DNA of 46,105 nt. Origin: Snowella sp. (GTDB taxonomy: Bacteria > Cyanobacteriota > Cyanobacteriia > Cyanobacteriales > Microcystaceae). Position 1 is the first letter of the stretch. Every line of letters begins with the position of its first letter. The stretch covers positions 1 to 46,105 of the forward strand of contig JAYKGY010000115.1 of assembly GCA_035285545.1 (NCBI GenBank). Direction: 5' to 3'. This document shows positions 8,371-18,782 of the stretch, piece by piece. Made by a program: the position numbers and the translations under genes. Below the pieces are notes generated by a model. That model was given only the letters and a program-made list of their open reading frames with translations. It made no database searches and was not told the DNA's origin.

Positions 8371-9711
8371 TTATTCGTTCATATTTCGATAAGTGGCGAC
8401 TGAAGAGGGAGAAATGCCATTTAAATAGCGGAAAATCCAATATTTAAAAACCGTATCTAAAATTACGGGGAAGGTCGCAATAAACAGAAAGTTAAAATCT
8501 CGATTTTCGGGCAAGCCAAAATGTCGAGCAACATTTTCTAAAATCACTTCCCAGCCGTGGGGTGAGTGAAATCCCACAAACATATCGGTAAATAGAATAA
8601 TTAAAAAGGCTTTAGCAGAGTCACTTAAGCCATAAACGATTTCATCAATAAATCCTTTAACGATTTCAATTTCTTGTCGGCTTGTGATTAATACAATACT
8701 AAAAGCAATTAAAGAAAACATATCGGCAAAAATATTCGCGATCGCGTTAGCTCCCACATTCCGATACGCTTCTGAAATTTCTGCTGCTTTTTCCCGTAAA
8801 CGACTTTCGGTTTCTTGCTCAGATAACTTGGGGCTGAGGCCAATCAAACTCCGAAATCGCAGAGAGTCCTCAAAACTTTGTAACTCCTCAAAGGCTTCTC
8901 TTTCTAAACTTTGATTAATAAAAACAATTTCTTGGTGTTGATTAAAATAACTTTCCACGGCTGGACTCAACAAAAATGTTTTAGTCAGTTGATGGGTTAA
9001 TAGGGGAATAATAATCAACATTAAAATAAACTTAATCGAAATAGCCGTTTTATAGCGAGAAGTGCGGTATTGATTAAGAACTTGGCGTTCTGTTTCTCCT
9101 GTTTGGGGATCAAGTTCCTGGCGAATACGATTAACCGTTCGTAAAAAAGAGCGAGGTAGAACCCCCGTTTTTCGCGATGCACTATCTAATTTTTGATCCG
9201 TTTGTTGGCCATAAAATAAACTTTTTCTTTGTATTTCTCTGGGACTTTTTTTCTGTGCAACAGTTTCATTCAAAAGATTAGGGTTAGGGGCAGTCTTGAC
9301 TGATGAAATGAGAGGATTTTGCCTTTCATGTTCAATTGCCAAATTAGAATACCGTTCAATTGTTTGATCAATAAATTTTAATTTGTCTAAAATATAAACA
9401 ACATCATCACCATAAAGATGTTTGTCCGTTGGACTGTTTTCAATTTCTGCTAAATTCAAAAATAGTCGGCTGGTTTTAAAAATAGCTAGGTTGACATTAA
9501 TCTTTTGCAAATAGCGTTTCACTTCTGTGGTGAAATAAGCAATAACGCTAGCTCCATACTGCCCAGATGCGGTAGAAACTTTTTGTCCTTGAAAATGTTT
9601 TTCTTCAATATCCTTAATTTTTTCAGCAGCACGATAGGCTTGTTCTAAGGCTCTTTCTGGTGTACTGGTAAACCATTGTGTAGCGTTGTTCCACAAACTA
9701 TTAAATTTCAT
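8371..9711 (-). CDS. pcxA: Proton extrusion protein PcxA (CotA/CemA family)
   Basis: KTGVLPRSFLRT, TDMFVGFHSPHGWE and C-terminal SPSSVATYRNMNE; start probably ATG 9711 (MKFNSLW), alternative 9756. Confidence 0.93.
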   Translation of the reverse strand: MKFNSLWNNATQWFTSTPERALEQAYRAAEKIKDIEEKHFQGQKVSTASGQYGASVIAYFTTEVKRYLQKINVNLAIFKTSRLFLNLAEIENSPTDKHLYGDDVVYILDKLKFIDQTIERYSNLAIEHERQNPLISSVKTAPNPNLLNETVAQKKSPREIQRKSLFYGQQTDQKLDSASRKTGVLPRSFLRTVNRIRQELDPQTGETERQVLNQYRTSRYKTAISIKFILMLIIIPLLTHQLTKTFLLSPAVESYFNQHQEIVFINQSLEREAFEELQSFEDSLRFRSLIGLSPKLSEQETESRLREKAAEISEAYRNVGANAIANIFADMFSLIAFSIVLITSRQEIEIVKGFIDEIVYGLSDSAKAFLIILFTDMFVGFHSPHGWEVILENVARHFGLPENRDFNFLFIATFPVILDTVFKYWIFRYLNGISPSSVATYRNMNE

Positions 9712-9825
9712 AGCAATCCCATTAACCTTTAACAAAGATGATTCAGTTGTTAACATTGGGGCTAGGTAACAACTGTTAAGGCGGAAGCATTGGGGTATCT
9801 TAGCAGATCAGCCCCAGGAGAAAAC

Positions 9826-11958
9826 GTGTCTGGAATATCAATTTGGCTGAGGGGGATTACCCGCAGTGGCAAAACGAGTTGTCTTATTGATCATTTTACG
9901 ATCTGGATGAAGCAGCAATCGCTTTTCGTCTCAGGCAAAACCGTAGGAGGAAGGCAAGCAACGGCTTTGATTTTTGCGGCCAATGAAAACAGTCGGCGAT
10001 CGCTGGCGGATCGATTAGTCCTGAGCCTGGGCGGTGATTATCCCATTATTTGTAAAACTCCCCTCGGTTTTATGGGTGATGAGGTGATTTTATTTTGGCC
10101 GCTGATATTTGAAGCCCGCCAACTCACAGCCCAGTTTCCCCTGAGATTACGCCCAGAAACGGAGCAGGAGCTAGCTACTCGTCTATGGCAACAGGTTTTT
10201 GCTCAACAATCGCTCTCTTTTCCGCCGTCCCAAGAATATCGGTTGATTCGGGACACGTTGGACTTGATGCAATTGGCCGGGGCAGCGGGGATTGCCGTTG
10301 AAGAAATTGCCCCTCGCTTAGAAGTCGGTTGGCCCGATGTTCACCATCAGGACATTTCTCCACAACAGCGCGGAACATTTCTGATTGCTTGGCGAAATTG
10401 GTGTTTGGAAAGAGGTCTATTAACCTATGGGCTAATTTCTGAGCTTTATTGGCGTTATTTATTGCCTAATGCCCATTATCAACAACAATTATTACGGCGT
10501 TATCAAGGGATTTTTGCCGATGATGTGGACGATTATCCCGCGATCGCCAAGGACTTGAGTGAATTTTTGCTGAAAAATGGCGTGTCAGGCGTTTTTACCT
10601 ATAATCCCCATGCCCAAATCCGACTGGGGTTAAATGCTGATACGCAATATTGGGAAGGGTTAGCAACCTACTGTCAAATTGAGCAATTGCCTGATCCCCA
10701 AAACCTCGCGACCGAGTGGGCCACGCCTTTGTTAACGTTGGTGACCGATCCCTTTTTTAATAGGCCCATTCCCGATAGGATTCAATCGATTCAAACCACT
10801 TCTAGGGCTAAATTACTTCGTCAGACAGCTAACTTTATTATTGATGCCGTTCATGCAGAAGAAATAAAACCCGAAGAAATTGCGATTATCGCCCCTGGTT
10901 TAGATGAAATTGCCCGTTATAGCTTAATAGAAATTCTGACCGCCGCCAAGATTCCGATCAATCCGCTTAATGAGCAGCGATCGCTGATTAGTTCCCCTTT
11001 CATTCGAGCCTTGTTAACTTTGCTGGCCTTGATTTATCCCCACCTCGGTAAATTGGCTCTGCGGGATGATGTCGCCGAAATGTTAGTCATTTTAAGCCAA
11101 AAACCTGAAATAACCGAAAATTTGCGTCAACGGTTGATTGCCGATATTGATCCTGTCCGTGCTGGCTTAATTGCGGATCACTGCTACCAAATTGATTTTG
11201 AACAGCCCCAACTTTTGCCCATTGAAACCTTTGCCCGTTGGGATCGTATTGGTTATCGGGCAACTACGGCCTATCAACAGTTAGTTGATTGGATTGAAAC
11301 AGCAAAAAATCATCTACAAAGCCAGCCCCAAGCGAATACGCCCATTTTGGTGTTGGATAGAGCGATGCGAGAATTATTGCCGGCTAATCATTATTTAACC
11401 TACGATCAAGTGTCAGTGTTACGAGAATTGATGGAAACCGCCCAACACTTTTGGGAAGTGGAACGTCGCCTACACCAATCCGACGCGATCGCCCATTCTG
11501 TTCCTCAGCAATTACAACGCTTTATCCAACTCCTGCGACGGGGAACGATTACGGCCAATCCCAGACCACGCTATTCTTTAGGAAAAGAAATCGGAAGCAT
11601 CACCCTCGCCACCATTTTCCAGTATCGTTCCTTACGCAAATCCCATCGTTGGCAATTTTGGTTAGATGCCGGCTCATCCCTTTGGATTCAAGGGGGGGCG
11701 GCCCAATTGTTTGCGGCTCCTGTATTTTTACAAAATTGGTCGGGGGAGGAATGGAATAGCGAGTCAGCCCAACACATGGATCAAGCACGATTAGAACGCA
11801 TTGTTTGGGATTTATTCGGCCGCGCTGAAGAACGAATTTTCCTGTGCCACAGTGATCTGAGTGTCCGGGGAACCGAACAGTTAGGGCCTTTTTTAAGCTT
11901 GATTCAACGGGCCGAACCCGCGATCGCGGATAATGGGGTGCTCACGACCCTAGCCTAA
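9826..11958 (+). CDS. Conserved cyanobacterial P-loop protein with degenerate SF1 helicase-like (UvrD/AddB-like) fold
   Basis: Walker A-like GITRSGKT, Walker B-like IFADDVDD, IKPEEIAIIAP and C-terminal RAEERIFLCHS; GTG 9826 follows AGGAG (the ORF track starts at 9790). Confidence 0.65.
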   Translation: MSGISIWLRGITRSGKTSCLIDHFTIWMKQQSLFVSGKTVGGRQATALIFAANENSRRSLADRLVLSLGGDYPIICKTPLGFMGDEVILFWPLIFEARQLTAQFPLRLRPETEQELATRLWQQVFAQQSLSFPPSQEYRLIRDTLDLMQLAGAAGIAVEEIAPRLEVGWPDVHHQDISPQQRGTFLIAWRNWCLERGLLTYGLISELYWRYLLPNAHYQQQLLRRYQGIFADDVDDYPAIAKDLSEFLLKNGVSGVFTYNPHAQIRLGLNADTQYWEGLATYCQIEQLPDPQNLATEWATPLLTLVTDPFFNRPIPDRIQSIQTTSRAKLLRQTANFIIDAVHAEEIKPEEIAIIAPGLDEIARYSLIEILTAAKIPINPLNEQRSLISSPFIRALLTLLALIYPHLGKLALRDDVAEMLVILSQKPEITENLRQRLIADIDPVRAGLIADHCYQIDFEQPQLLPIETFARWDRIGYRATTAYQQLVDWIETAKNHLQSQPQANTPILVLDRAMRELLPANHYLTYDQVSVLRELMETAQHFWEVERRLHQSDAIAHSVPQQLQRFIQLLRRGTITANPRPRYSLGKEIGSITLATIFQYRSLRKSHRWQFWLDAGSSLWIQGGAAQLFAAPVFLQNWSGEEWNSESAQHMDQARLERIVWDLFGRAEERIFLCHSDLSVRGTEQLGPFLSLIQRAEPAIADNGVLTTLA

Positions 11959-12058
11959 AGATTGGTCAGTATTAAGTGCTGTGAAGCTCTGTTGTCCTCT
12001 TAATTTCTCCGTGTGAAAATAGTGTAGGAGTTTGCAGGAAATCAACGGAGATTGGGAA

Positions 12059-12514
12059 ATGATTCAAGCAAAACACAACAATGCCATCGTTAAATCACAA
12101 AGATTGTCGCATGGGACTTTAGTTTGCCGTGACTTAGCAAAATCCCGCCGCTTTTATGAAGAATTTCTGGGGTTAGAAGTTATTCATTTCATCAAACCAG
12201 CTATGATGTTGAGGCATTCTAGCAATTGCTATATCGCCTGTATTAACCTTGGCGAAAAAGTTCCTGAAAACACCGTGTGGTCTCACTTTGGTATCAACGT
12301 AGGTAGCCGTGAAGAAGTCGATCAAGCCTATGCCGATGCCCTACGCCTCCAAGAGGAATATGAACTTTTGACAATCGAAAAACCACAAACGCTACATGGA
12401 GCCTATCAATTCTATCTCCAAGATCGGGATACAAACTGGTGGGAGATTCAATATGAACCCCGTAGTATTGATGATTTCTTTTCATCTGCTGACCTTGATA
12501 CGGTCTCTCACTAA
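12059..12514 (+). CDS. VOC/glyoxalase family protein
   Basis: SHGTLVCRDLAKSRRFYEEFLGL, HFGINV, FYLQDRDTNWWEI; ATG 12059 preferred over TTG 12032. Confidence 0.85.
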   Translation: MIQAKHNNAIVKSQRLSHGTLVCRDLAKSRRFYEEFLGLEVIHFIKPAMMLRHSSNCYIACINLGEKVPENTVWSHFGINVGSREEVDQAYADALRLQEEYELLTIEKPQTLHGAYQFYLQDRDTNWWEIQYEPRSIDDFFSSADLDTVSH

Positions 12515-12541
12515 GATTTTGTTAACTCACGAGACATATCC

Positions 12542-12676
12542 CATGAATTAAGTCACCGATACATATCGAGGAGCAAGGCGTAACCTCTTAATATATTGGA
12601 AGCGGGGTATTGTGCAAGCCGCACGTCCAGATTTAATAGAGAGGGGCTTGGGATAATCCCCCACCTCGGCTCTCCC
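12542..12676 (+). mobile_element. Degenerate group II intron 3' remnant (end of intron-encoded HNH ORF, domain V and domain VI)
   Basis: AAGC-GGGGTATTGT-GCAA-GCCGC-AC-GTCCAGATT resembles domain V (AGC triad, GNRA loop, AC bulge). It is followed by a GAGAG...CTCTC domain VI-like stem. Upstream HELSHRYISRSKA* resembles intron HNH C-termini. Confidence 0.6.
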
Positions 12677-12693
12677 CAAACCCACTATTTTTG

Positions 12694-14136
12694 ATGAAGC
12701 AATCTGATTCCTATCCCTATCAATTTTCAGGAGATATTCGTGCTCCCCAACCCTTTTATTGGCTTAATTTGACGAATCGACAGTGGTTTCGCGTCGGAAT
12801 TTTGGTATTCAGCGACTTACTCGCTTTGATTCTGGCTTGGAAACTGGCCCGCCACCTCAATCATTTTTATTCCCCACCGCCGCCCCAGTTAGTTTGGTGG
12901 ATTTGGCTTGGACTCCCCAGTTTATTTTGGTGTTTTGCAGGCGTTACTATCCTGTTTTTTGCCTATGGTGGTTTGTACAGTCCGTCTGCTAGGGGACAAA
13001 ATTATATTCGATTGGGTCAGTTGGTCAGTTTTGTCTATTTATTTTCCCTAGTGGTTAGTTATTTTTATGATCCGAGTCTGGATGTCCCGCGATCGCTCTT
13101 TTTTACAGCCTGGTTTGGGAGTGTCTTAGCGGTCGTATTTGGGCGATTAATCACCAGTGTGATCATTGGTCAATTTCAACGGTTACAGCCATTAACGCCG
13201 GTGTTTATTATTGCTTCTCCTGTTCGATTAAAACACTTAACCCAAACCCTCAAAGACCGCTCCAACTATCAAGTGGTCGGGGCAGCCCTAGCTTCGATGG
13301 CCCATAATCCCCATACATTCAAAACTATTTTGCAATCAGGAGCAGTGGAGGTTTTAGCCGAAGGGTTGCCGAAAACGGCTTTAGCTTCTTCTCTCTATTG
13401 GAATCTACGTCGAGCAGGAATTATTCTTCGTTTGCTACCGTCTAGCCGAGAAATTTTATACCGTCGGGGAATGCCTGAAATTTTTGCGGGCTTACCGACT
13501 TTACGGGTAGAAATGCCAATTTTTATCGGTTTAGATTATCGGATTAAGCGTTGGCTCGATTTTATCGGAGCATCCATTGGTTTAATTGTATTATCGCCGT
13601 TTTTTTTCCTGATCGCGATCGCCATTAAAAGTTCTTCCTCCGGCCCCGTCTTTTTTCAACAGGAACGAGTTGGATTGCAGGGAAAAGTTTTTCACATGTG
13701 GAAATTTCGCACCATGGTCGTCAATGCGGCGGCTTTGCAAGAAAAATTAGAAGCCCAGAATGAAAGTGAAGATGGGGTGATGTTTAAACTTAAAAATGAT
13801 CCCCGTATTATTCCCATTGGGCATTTTTTACGAAAAACGAGCCTAGATGAATTTCCCCAATTATTTAACGTTTTGTTAGGGGATATGAGCTTAGTCGGCC
13901 CCCGCCCCTTACCTATCCGCGATGTAGAACATTTCGATGCTTGGCACCATATTCGTCATCAAGTAATGCCTGGGATTACGGGTTTATGGCAAATCTCAGG
14001 ACGTTCTACTATTGGGGATTTTAATGATGTGGCTCGTCTAGACCTCTATTACATTGATAATTGGTCTTTAAATTTGGATTTTAATATCCTAGCGGAAACC
14101 ATCAGAATTATTTTATTTGGGAAAGGTGCTTATTAA
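12694..14136 (+). CDS. Priming sugar transferase (exopolysaccharide polyprenyl glycosylphosphotransferase, WcaJ/WbaP family)
   Basis: N-terminal TM helices; KRWLD, KFRTM, DPRI, RKTSLDEFPQL, MSLVGPRP, PGITGLWQ, DLYYIDNWS. Confidence 0.93.
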   Translation: MKQSDSYPYQFSGDIRAPQPFYWLNLTNRQWFRVGILVFSDLLALILAWKLARHLNHFYSPPPPQLVWWIWLGLPSLFWCFAGVTILFFAYGGLYSPSARGQNYIRLGQLVSFVYLFSLVVSYFYDPSLDVPRSLFFTAWFGSVLAVVFGRLITSVIIGQFQRLQPLTPVFIIASPVRLKHLTQTLKDRSNYQVVGAALASMAHNPHTFKTILQSGAVEVLAEGLPKTALASSLYWNLRRAGIILRLLPSSREILYRRGMPEIFAGLPTLRVEMPIFIGLDYRIKRWLDFIGASIGLIVLSPFFFLIAIAIKSSSSGPVFFQQERVGLQGKVFHMWKFRTMVVNAAALQEKLEAQNESEDGVMFKLKNDPRIIPIGHFLRKTSLDEFPQLFNVLLGDMSLVGPRPLPIRDVEHFDAWHHIRHQVMPGITGLWQISGRSTIGDFNDVARLDLYYIDNWSLNLDFNILAETIRIILFGKGAY

Positions 14137-14296
14137 ATTAACTGATTATCTTCGTCTAGGGTTATCCCTCACCCTTAAGCTCCACATTTTTCTTTAAATA
14201 TGATCCCATTTAAACCGCGATCGCGGACAACTTTTCCGTATAGCGATCGCAAAATATGGCAGAATTTAGAAACTCGGTTATGGCTGATATTGTCCA

Positions 14297-14743
14297 ATGG
14301 CAAAGGATCTTTTTCATGAAACCGTTAAAAATGCTCCTATCAAAGAAGCGTGGATAATCACCGATGACCCACTCCGCTTGAAGTTTGGAGAAGTTAATTT
14401 TCAAATTGATTTAGGAGCCGAAAAAATTATTGGAGCAGAAAAAGCAGGGCAAAAAATTGCAGTGGAAATCAAGAGTTTCTTAAATCCTTCTGCCATTACA
14501 GATTTTTATGTTGCTCTGGGTCAATTTTTAAGTTATCGGATTGCGTTGGTAAAACTTGATCCTGACAGATTACTTTATCTAGCCGTTCCCTTAGATACCT
14601 ATGAAACTTTCTTTCAGTTAGAATTTACTCAAAATGCTCTTCAAACTTATCAAATTTGTTTGATTGTTTATAATTCATTGACTGAGGAGATTTCTCAATG
14701 GATAAACTTTCCCAATATCGGCAATATATCCAACAATTATTAA
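14297..14743 (+). CDS. xisH: XisH family protein
   Basis: AKDLFHETVKNA, WIITDDPL, DLGAE, IAVEIKSF, ALGQF, LYLAVP. Confidence 0.92.
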   Translation: MAKDLFHETVKNAPIKEAWIITDDPLRLKFGEVNFQIDLGAEKIIGAEKAGQKIAVEIKSFLNPSAITDFYVALGQFLSYRIALVKLDPDRLLYLAVPLDTYETFFQLEFTQNALQTYQICLIVYNSLTEEISQWINFPNIGNISNNY

Positions 14744-15033
14744 CGCAATACGCAAACAATGATTGTTTAGAAGACGGCGTTGAAACTCAGCTTATTTTTG
14801 ACATCCAACGAGATCATTATCAATGGTTTAATGTCGGTTGGAAAGGTCTTCAGCGTGTTTATCATTGCATTATCCATTTTGATATTAAAGATGGAAAAAT
14901 TTGGTTACAACAAAATTTAACCGATCAAAATCCCGCAGAAGAATTGGTAAAAATGGGCGTTCCGAAGCAAGACATTATTTTAGGTCTACAAGCACCTTAT
15001 AAACGTCCTTATACAGATTATGGCGTTGCTTAA
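14698..15033 (+). CDS. xisI: XisI family protein
   Basis: MDKLSQYRQYIQQLL, FDIQRDHY, HFDIKDGKIW, GVPKQDIILG; overlaps xisH. Confidence 0.93.
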   Translation: MDKLSQYRQYIQQLLTQYANNDCLEDGVETQLIFDIQRDHYQWFNVGWKGLQRVYHCIIHFDIKDGKIWLQQNLTDQNPAEELVKMGVPKQDIILGLQAPYKRPYTDYGVA

Positions 15034-15129
15034 TAATTTCCTAACATCCTAAAGTTTGATGTTCACAAAATAAAAATATAGAAGACTCAATAGGTGAGCC
15101 AATTAGCCCACCCTTATTATCTCTAATAA

Positions 15130-16656
15130 TTAAGCTCCAACGGCTTCTTTTGCGGCATACATCACTTCTAACGTAATCACATTTAAACCGCGATCGCGGG
15201 CAAATTTTTCCGTATTACGTTTGACTTTGCCCCGAACAAACCCAGGCACTTTATTTAATTCTGCTTGAGCTTCTTTGTTCCAACCGAGATCAGAATCCGC
15301 AGAAATGCCTTTGGTAATGACCTCTTTCGTGTCGTGACCCCCGAAGATTTCTAACAAATGATCCTCCATGCCCAGGGTGAAGGAATTGTAAACTAAATCG
15401 GCAATTTGATTCGTTCCTTCGTAACCTAAGAATGGCTTATAACCCAAGGGAAAGTTTTGAATGTGAATGGGAGCCGCAATCACACCACAAGGAATATCCA
15501 ACCGTTTACCGACATGGCGTTCCATCTGGGTTCCAAAAATGGCCGCGGGTTCGATGCGTGCGATCGCGTCGGCAATTTCCCCATTATCTTCGCTAATTAA
15601 AATCTCATCACAATATTCACTCACCTGTTCACGGAACCAATCCGCATCATATTTACAATAGGTTCCCGCTAAAACGACATGAATGCCCATTTCTCGCGCC
15701 AAAATTTTGGTCATCGCGGCAGCGTGGGTATTGTCCCCAAAAACCACCGCCTTTTTACCTGTTAAATTCTGACAGTCGATGGAACGGGAAAACCAAGCGG
15801 CTTGGGAAATATACAAGGTTTGCTCATTGATAAAGGCTTCGTAATCAACCGATGCCCCTTGAGCATTCAGCACTTCCTGAATTTTGCGGATACAACGGGC
15901 CGTTTCTACCACGCCCATCGGTGTAATGTCCACGTAGGGCATCCCAAAGTTCTCTTCGAGATAACGCGCCGCCATTAGCCCCACTTCTCGATAGGGAACG
16001 AGGTTAAACCAAGCGCGAGTCAAGGTTTTGAGTTGATCGACCGATGCTTTTTCAGGAAGGACTAAATTGACCGTAATTCCCAGATCCGCCATCAGCCGTT
16101 TTAACTCGGTGCAATCGTGCTGATTATGGAATCCCAGGGTGGTCATCCCGATAATATTGACAGAGGGGGTTTCCGTCTTTCCTTCGGGGAGTTCTCCTTT
16201 TTTGTTGGCTTTTTCGAGATAAAACTGCACAATTTGGGACAAAGTGCGATCGCCAGCTTGGAGTTCATTAAAACGGTAGTGGTTGACATCGGCCAACAAC
16301 ACATCCCCTTTAGCATCCATTTGGGCGCGACTGACAAAGTTATTGAGGTCTTCTTGGAGAATGCTGGAGGTGCAAGTGGGGGTGAGAACGATTAAATCGG
16401 GGCTTTCTTCCTGATCCTTTCGCACAATGTTATCAATAACTTTTTCCTGGGAACCTCTCGCCAAGACGTTGCGATCTACCACACTGGCGGTTACTGGCGT
16501 AAAATTCCGTTCCCGTTCTAACATGGAGCGCATGACGTTAAAGTAGTCATCTCCCAGGGGGGCGTGCATAATGGCATGAACATTTTTAAAAGAACTGGCG
16601 ATACGGAGCGTTCCAATGTGGGCAGGGCCCGCATACATCCAATAGGCTAATTTCAT
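15130..16656 (-). CDS. chlB: Light-independent protochlorophyllide reductase subunit B
   Basis: [29 protein letters not shown] and C-terminal PCP_red domain [14 protein letters not shown]. Confidence 0.98.
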   Translation of the reverse strand: MKLAYWMYAGPAHIGTLRIASSFKNVHAIMHAPLGDDYFNVMRSMLERERNFTPVTASVVDRNVLARGSQEKVIDNIVRKDQEESPDLIVLTPTCTSSILQEDLNNFVSRAQMDAKGDVLLADVNHYRFNELQAGDRTLSQIVQFYLEKANKKGELPEGKTETPSVNIIGMTTLGFHNQHDCTELKRLMADLGITVNLVLPEKASVDQLKTLTRAWFNLVPYREVGLMAARYLEENFGMPYVDITPMGVVETARCIRKIQEVLNAQGASVDYEAFINEQTLYISQAAWFSRSIDCQNLTGKKAVVFGDNTHAAAMTKILAREMGIHVVLAGTYCKYDADWFREQVSEYCDEILISEDNGEIADAIARIEPAAIFGTQMERHVGKRLDIPCGVIAAPIHIQNFPLGYKPFLGYEGTNQIADLVYNSFTLGMEDHLLEIFGGHDTKEVITKGISADSDLGWNKEAQAELNKVPGFVRGKVKRNTEKFARDRGLNVITLEVMYAAKEAVGA

Positions 16657-16806
16657 GATTGAGTTCTCCCGTTGTTGGGGTCAGCTAGTGACTATTTTTG
16701 ATTGTCTCAAACTTTTTCGGTTCTCCCCGCGATCGCAACATAGAGTAACAAAAGGTTTATTAATGCCCGAAGTCGCGAGTGATCAAATGGGAAAAGAGAA
16801 GACAAG

Positions 16807-16836
16807 CATTTAGGATCAGAAAAGCAATCCTAAATG
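16807..16836 (-). terminator. Hairpin downstream of lpdA (putative terminator)
   Basis: Perfect 10-bp inverted repeat CATTTAGGAT / ATCCTAAATG with a 10-nt loop. Confidence 0.45.
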
Positions 16837-16896
16837 ATTCGGGTTGTTGAGAGACTCGAAACCCCTGCCCAGATTAGATCGATAGTTAAAAACGGT

Positions 16897-18321
16897 TTAG
16901 CTTGCTCGTTTATAGGCTTCGTCTAAAATTTCCGAGAGGGTCGGGTGAGCATGGACATTAAAAGCCAATTCTCGGACAGATTTGCGTTCCGCGATCGCGT
17001 TAGCGGCTTCTTGAATTAAATCCGAGGCGTGAATCCCGATAATATGTGCGCCTAATAATTCCCCCGTATCCTGACGGTAAACAATTTTGGCCATGCCTTC
17101 GGTTTCTTTTTCCGCTAAGGCTTTGGAATTGCCTTTATAGTAGGTTTTCGCTGTGGCAACGGTAAATCCTTCTTCAGTGCCTAAGTCCTTGGCTTGGGCT
17201 TCTGTTAAACCCACGTAGCTGATCTCAGGATGGGTAAAGGCAGCAGCAGGAATAGCTCGATAATCAACGGTTTTAGCCCGACCACAGATATTTTCGACCG
17301 CAACCACGCCTTGACCCGAAGCCGCATGGGCTAACATCATTTTTCCCGTCGCATCACCGACTGCCCAGAGATGGGGAATCACTTCGCCGTCTTTTACAAC
17401 CGCCATTTGATCATTCACGGCAATAAAGCCCCGTCGATCCACTTCCACACCGACGTTTTCTAATCCTAAATTTTTAGTCGCAGGAATACGCCCTGTTGCC
17501 ACTAAGCAAGCATCGACTTCTAGAACTTCGACCACTTCTTTTGTCTTAGCATCAGCGAGTTCAATAACCACAGGATTGCCTGGCTTAACGGTTTTGGCTA
17601 AGGTGCTGACGTAGGTTTCAATGGCGCGGGGTTTAATCAGTACTCGTTCGGCAATTTTGGCAATTTCAGGATCAAAGCCTGGCATTAGGACATCTAGGGC
17701 TTCGATCATGGTGACTTCACAGCCCAATGCCGTGTAAACATCCGAAAATTCTAGGCCGATATAGCCACTCCCAATAATGGCGATCCACTTGGGTAAAGTT
17801 TCTAGTCTTACGGCTTCATCACTGGTAAAAACGGTTTTATGGTCAATTTCAATTCCTGGTGGTACGAAAGGCACCGAACCAGGGCACAACATAATATCCT
17901 TTGCGGTAATGATTTTTTCGCCCGAATCGGTGAGAACGCTAACTTTTTGGGGGCCTGCCACTTTACCCCAACCGCGAATGGTGTCTACTTTTAAGCGGGT
18001 CAAGCTATTGGTCAGGTCGCCTCGAATTTTATTGACCAAATCCGTTGCATGGTTCGCGATCGCGTCCCGTTCAAAGGCAACCCCACCCACTTGAATCCCT
18101 AAATGCTTGAGATGGTCTGCATCATTCAATTCTCTGACTCTACCCGATGCCGCTAACAATGCCTTAGACGGAATACAGCCCCGATTAACACAGGTTCCCC
18201 CCATATCCTTTGCTTCCACAATGGCGGTTTTTAGTCCGCATTTAACCGCATGTAAGGCCGCTCCGTGTCCGCCGACCCCTGCCCCAATAATCACTAAATC
18301 ATAATCAAATGCTTGACTCAT
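16897..18321 (-). CDS. lpdA: Dihydrolipoamide dehydrogenase
   Basis: GAGVGG FAD motif, [13 protein letters not shown] redox disulfide, GSGYIG and C-terminal HAHPTLSE. Confidence 0.97.
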   Translation of the reverse strand: MSQAFDYDLVIIGAGVGGHGAALHAVKCGLKTAIVEAKDMGGTCVNRGCIPSKALLAASGRVRELNDADHLKHLGIQVGGVAFERDAIANHATDLVNKIRGDLTNSLTRLKVDTIRGWGKVAGPQKVSVLTDSGEKIITAKDIMLCPGSVPFVPPGIEIDHKTVFTSDEAVRLETLPKWIAIIGSGYIGLEFSDVYTALGCEVTMIEALDVLMPGFDPEIAKIAERVLIKPRAIETYVSTLAKTVKPGNPVVIELADAKTKEVVEVLEVDACLVATGRIPATKNLGLENVGVEVDRRGFIAVNDQMAVVKDGEVIPHLWAVGDATGKMMLAHAASGQGVVAVENICGRAKTVDYRAIPAAAFTHPEISYVGLTEAQAKDLGTEEGFTVATAKTYYKGNSKALAEKETEGMAKIVYRQDTGELLGAHIIGIHASDLIQEAANAIAERKSVRELAFNVHAHPTLSEILDEAYKRAS

Positions 18322-18782
18322 ACCGACTTTTCCTAATTACTTTAATTTAATTAGTTTAAAAGAAAAGGGGAACTTCTGGAATTCGAGTGACTCCATGAAT
18401 CACTTGAAAAATCAATAATTTCTCTCTATGTTTAAATTGTAAATAAACGATCAATAAACGAGTCAAAATCCTAAAATCAATCCCAATAAATGGTGCATTA
18501 AACTAATACAGGATATTGTATAATCAATTAAAATGGAGACAAATAACTAAAATTAAAATAATCAAACAATGAATCGCCAAAGTGTTTCGATATTTTGACC
18601 AATCCTGTAAAAAGGTTGCTGCCATCGCACCAAATAATCCCATAATTGCAGTAGAAGTTTCAACGACGGCTGATAGCAATTTGTTAAGTCTAGTAAGGTT
18701 TTAGAAATTTAGAGCAAACTACAGGGGTACACTAGAGAAAGCCAGTTGTCTCATCTACTTTGTTGATACAGGAGAGAATGAT

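Noticed and set aside
14698..14743. XisH C-terminal extension overlapping xisI by 46 bp
   Set aside because: Probably a simple loss of the usual stop after QWIN. xisH/xisI pairs are common stand-alone loci, and no xisF recombinase or excision element is seen.
15091..15113. GGTGAGC...GCCCACC hairpin between xisI and chlB
   Set aside because: Short and degenerate REP- or terminator-like sequence; cannot be classified.
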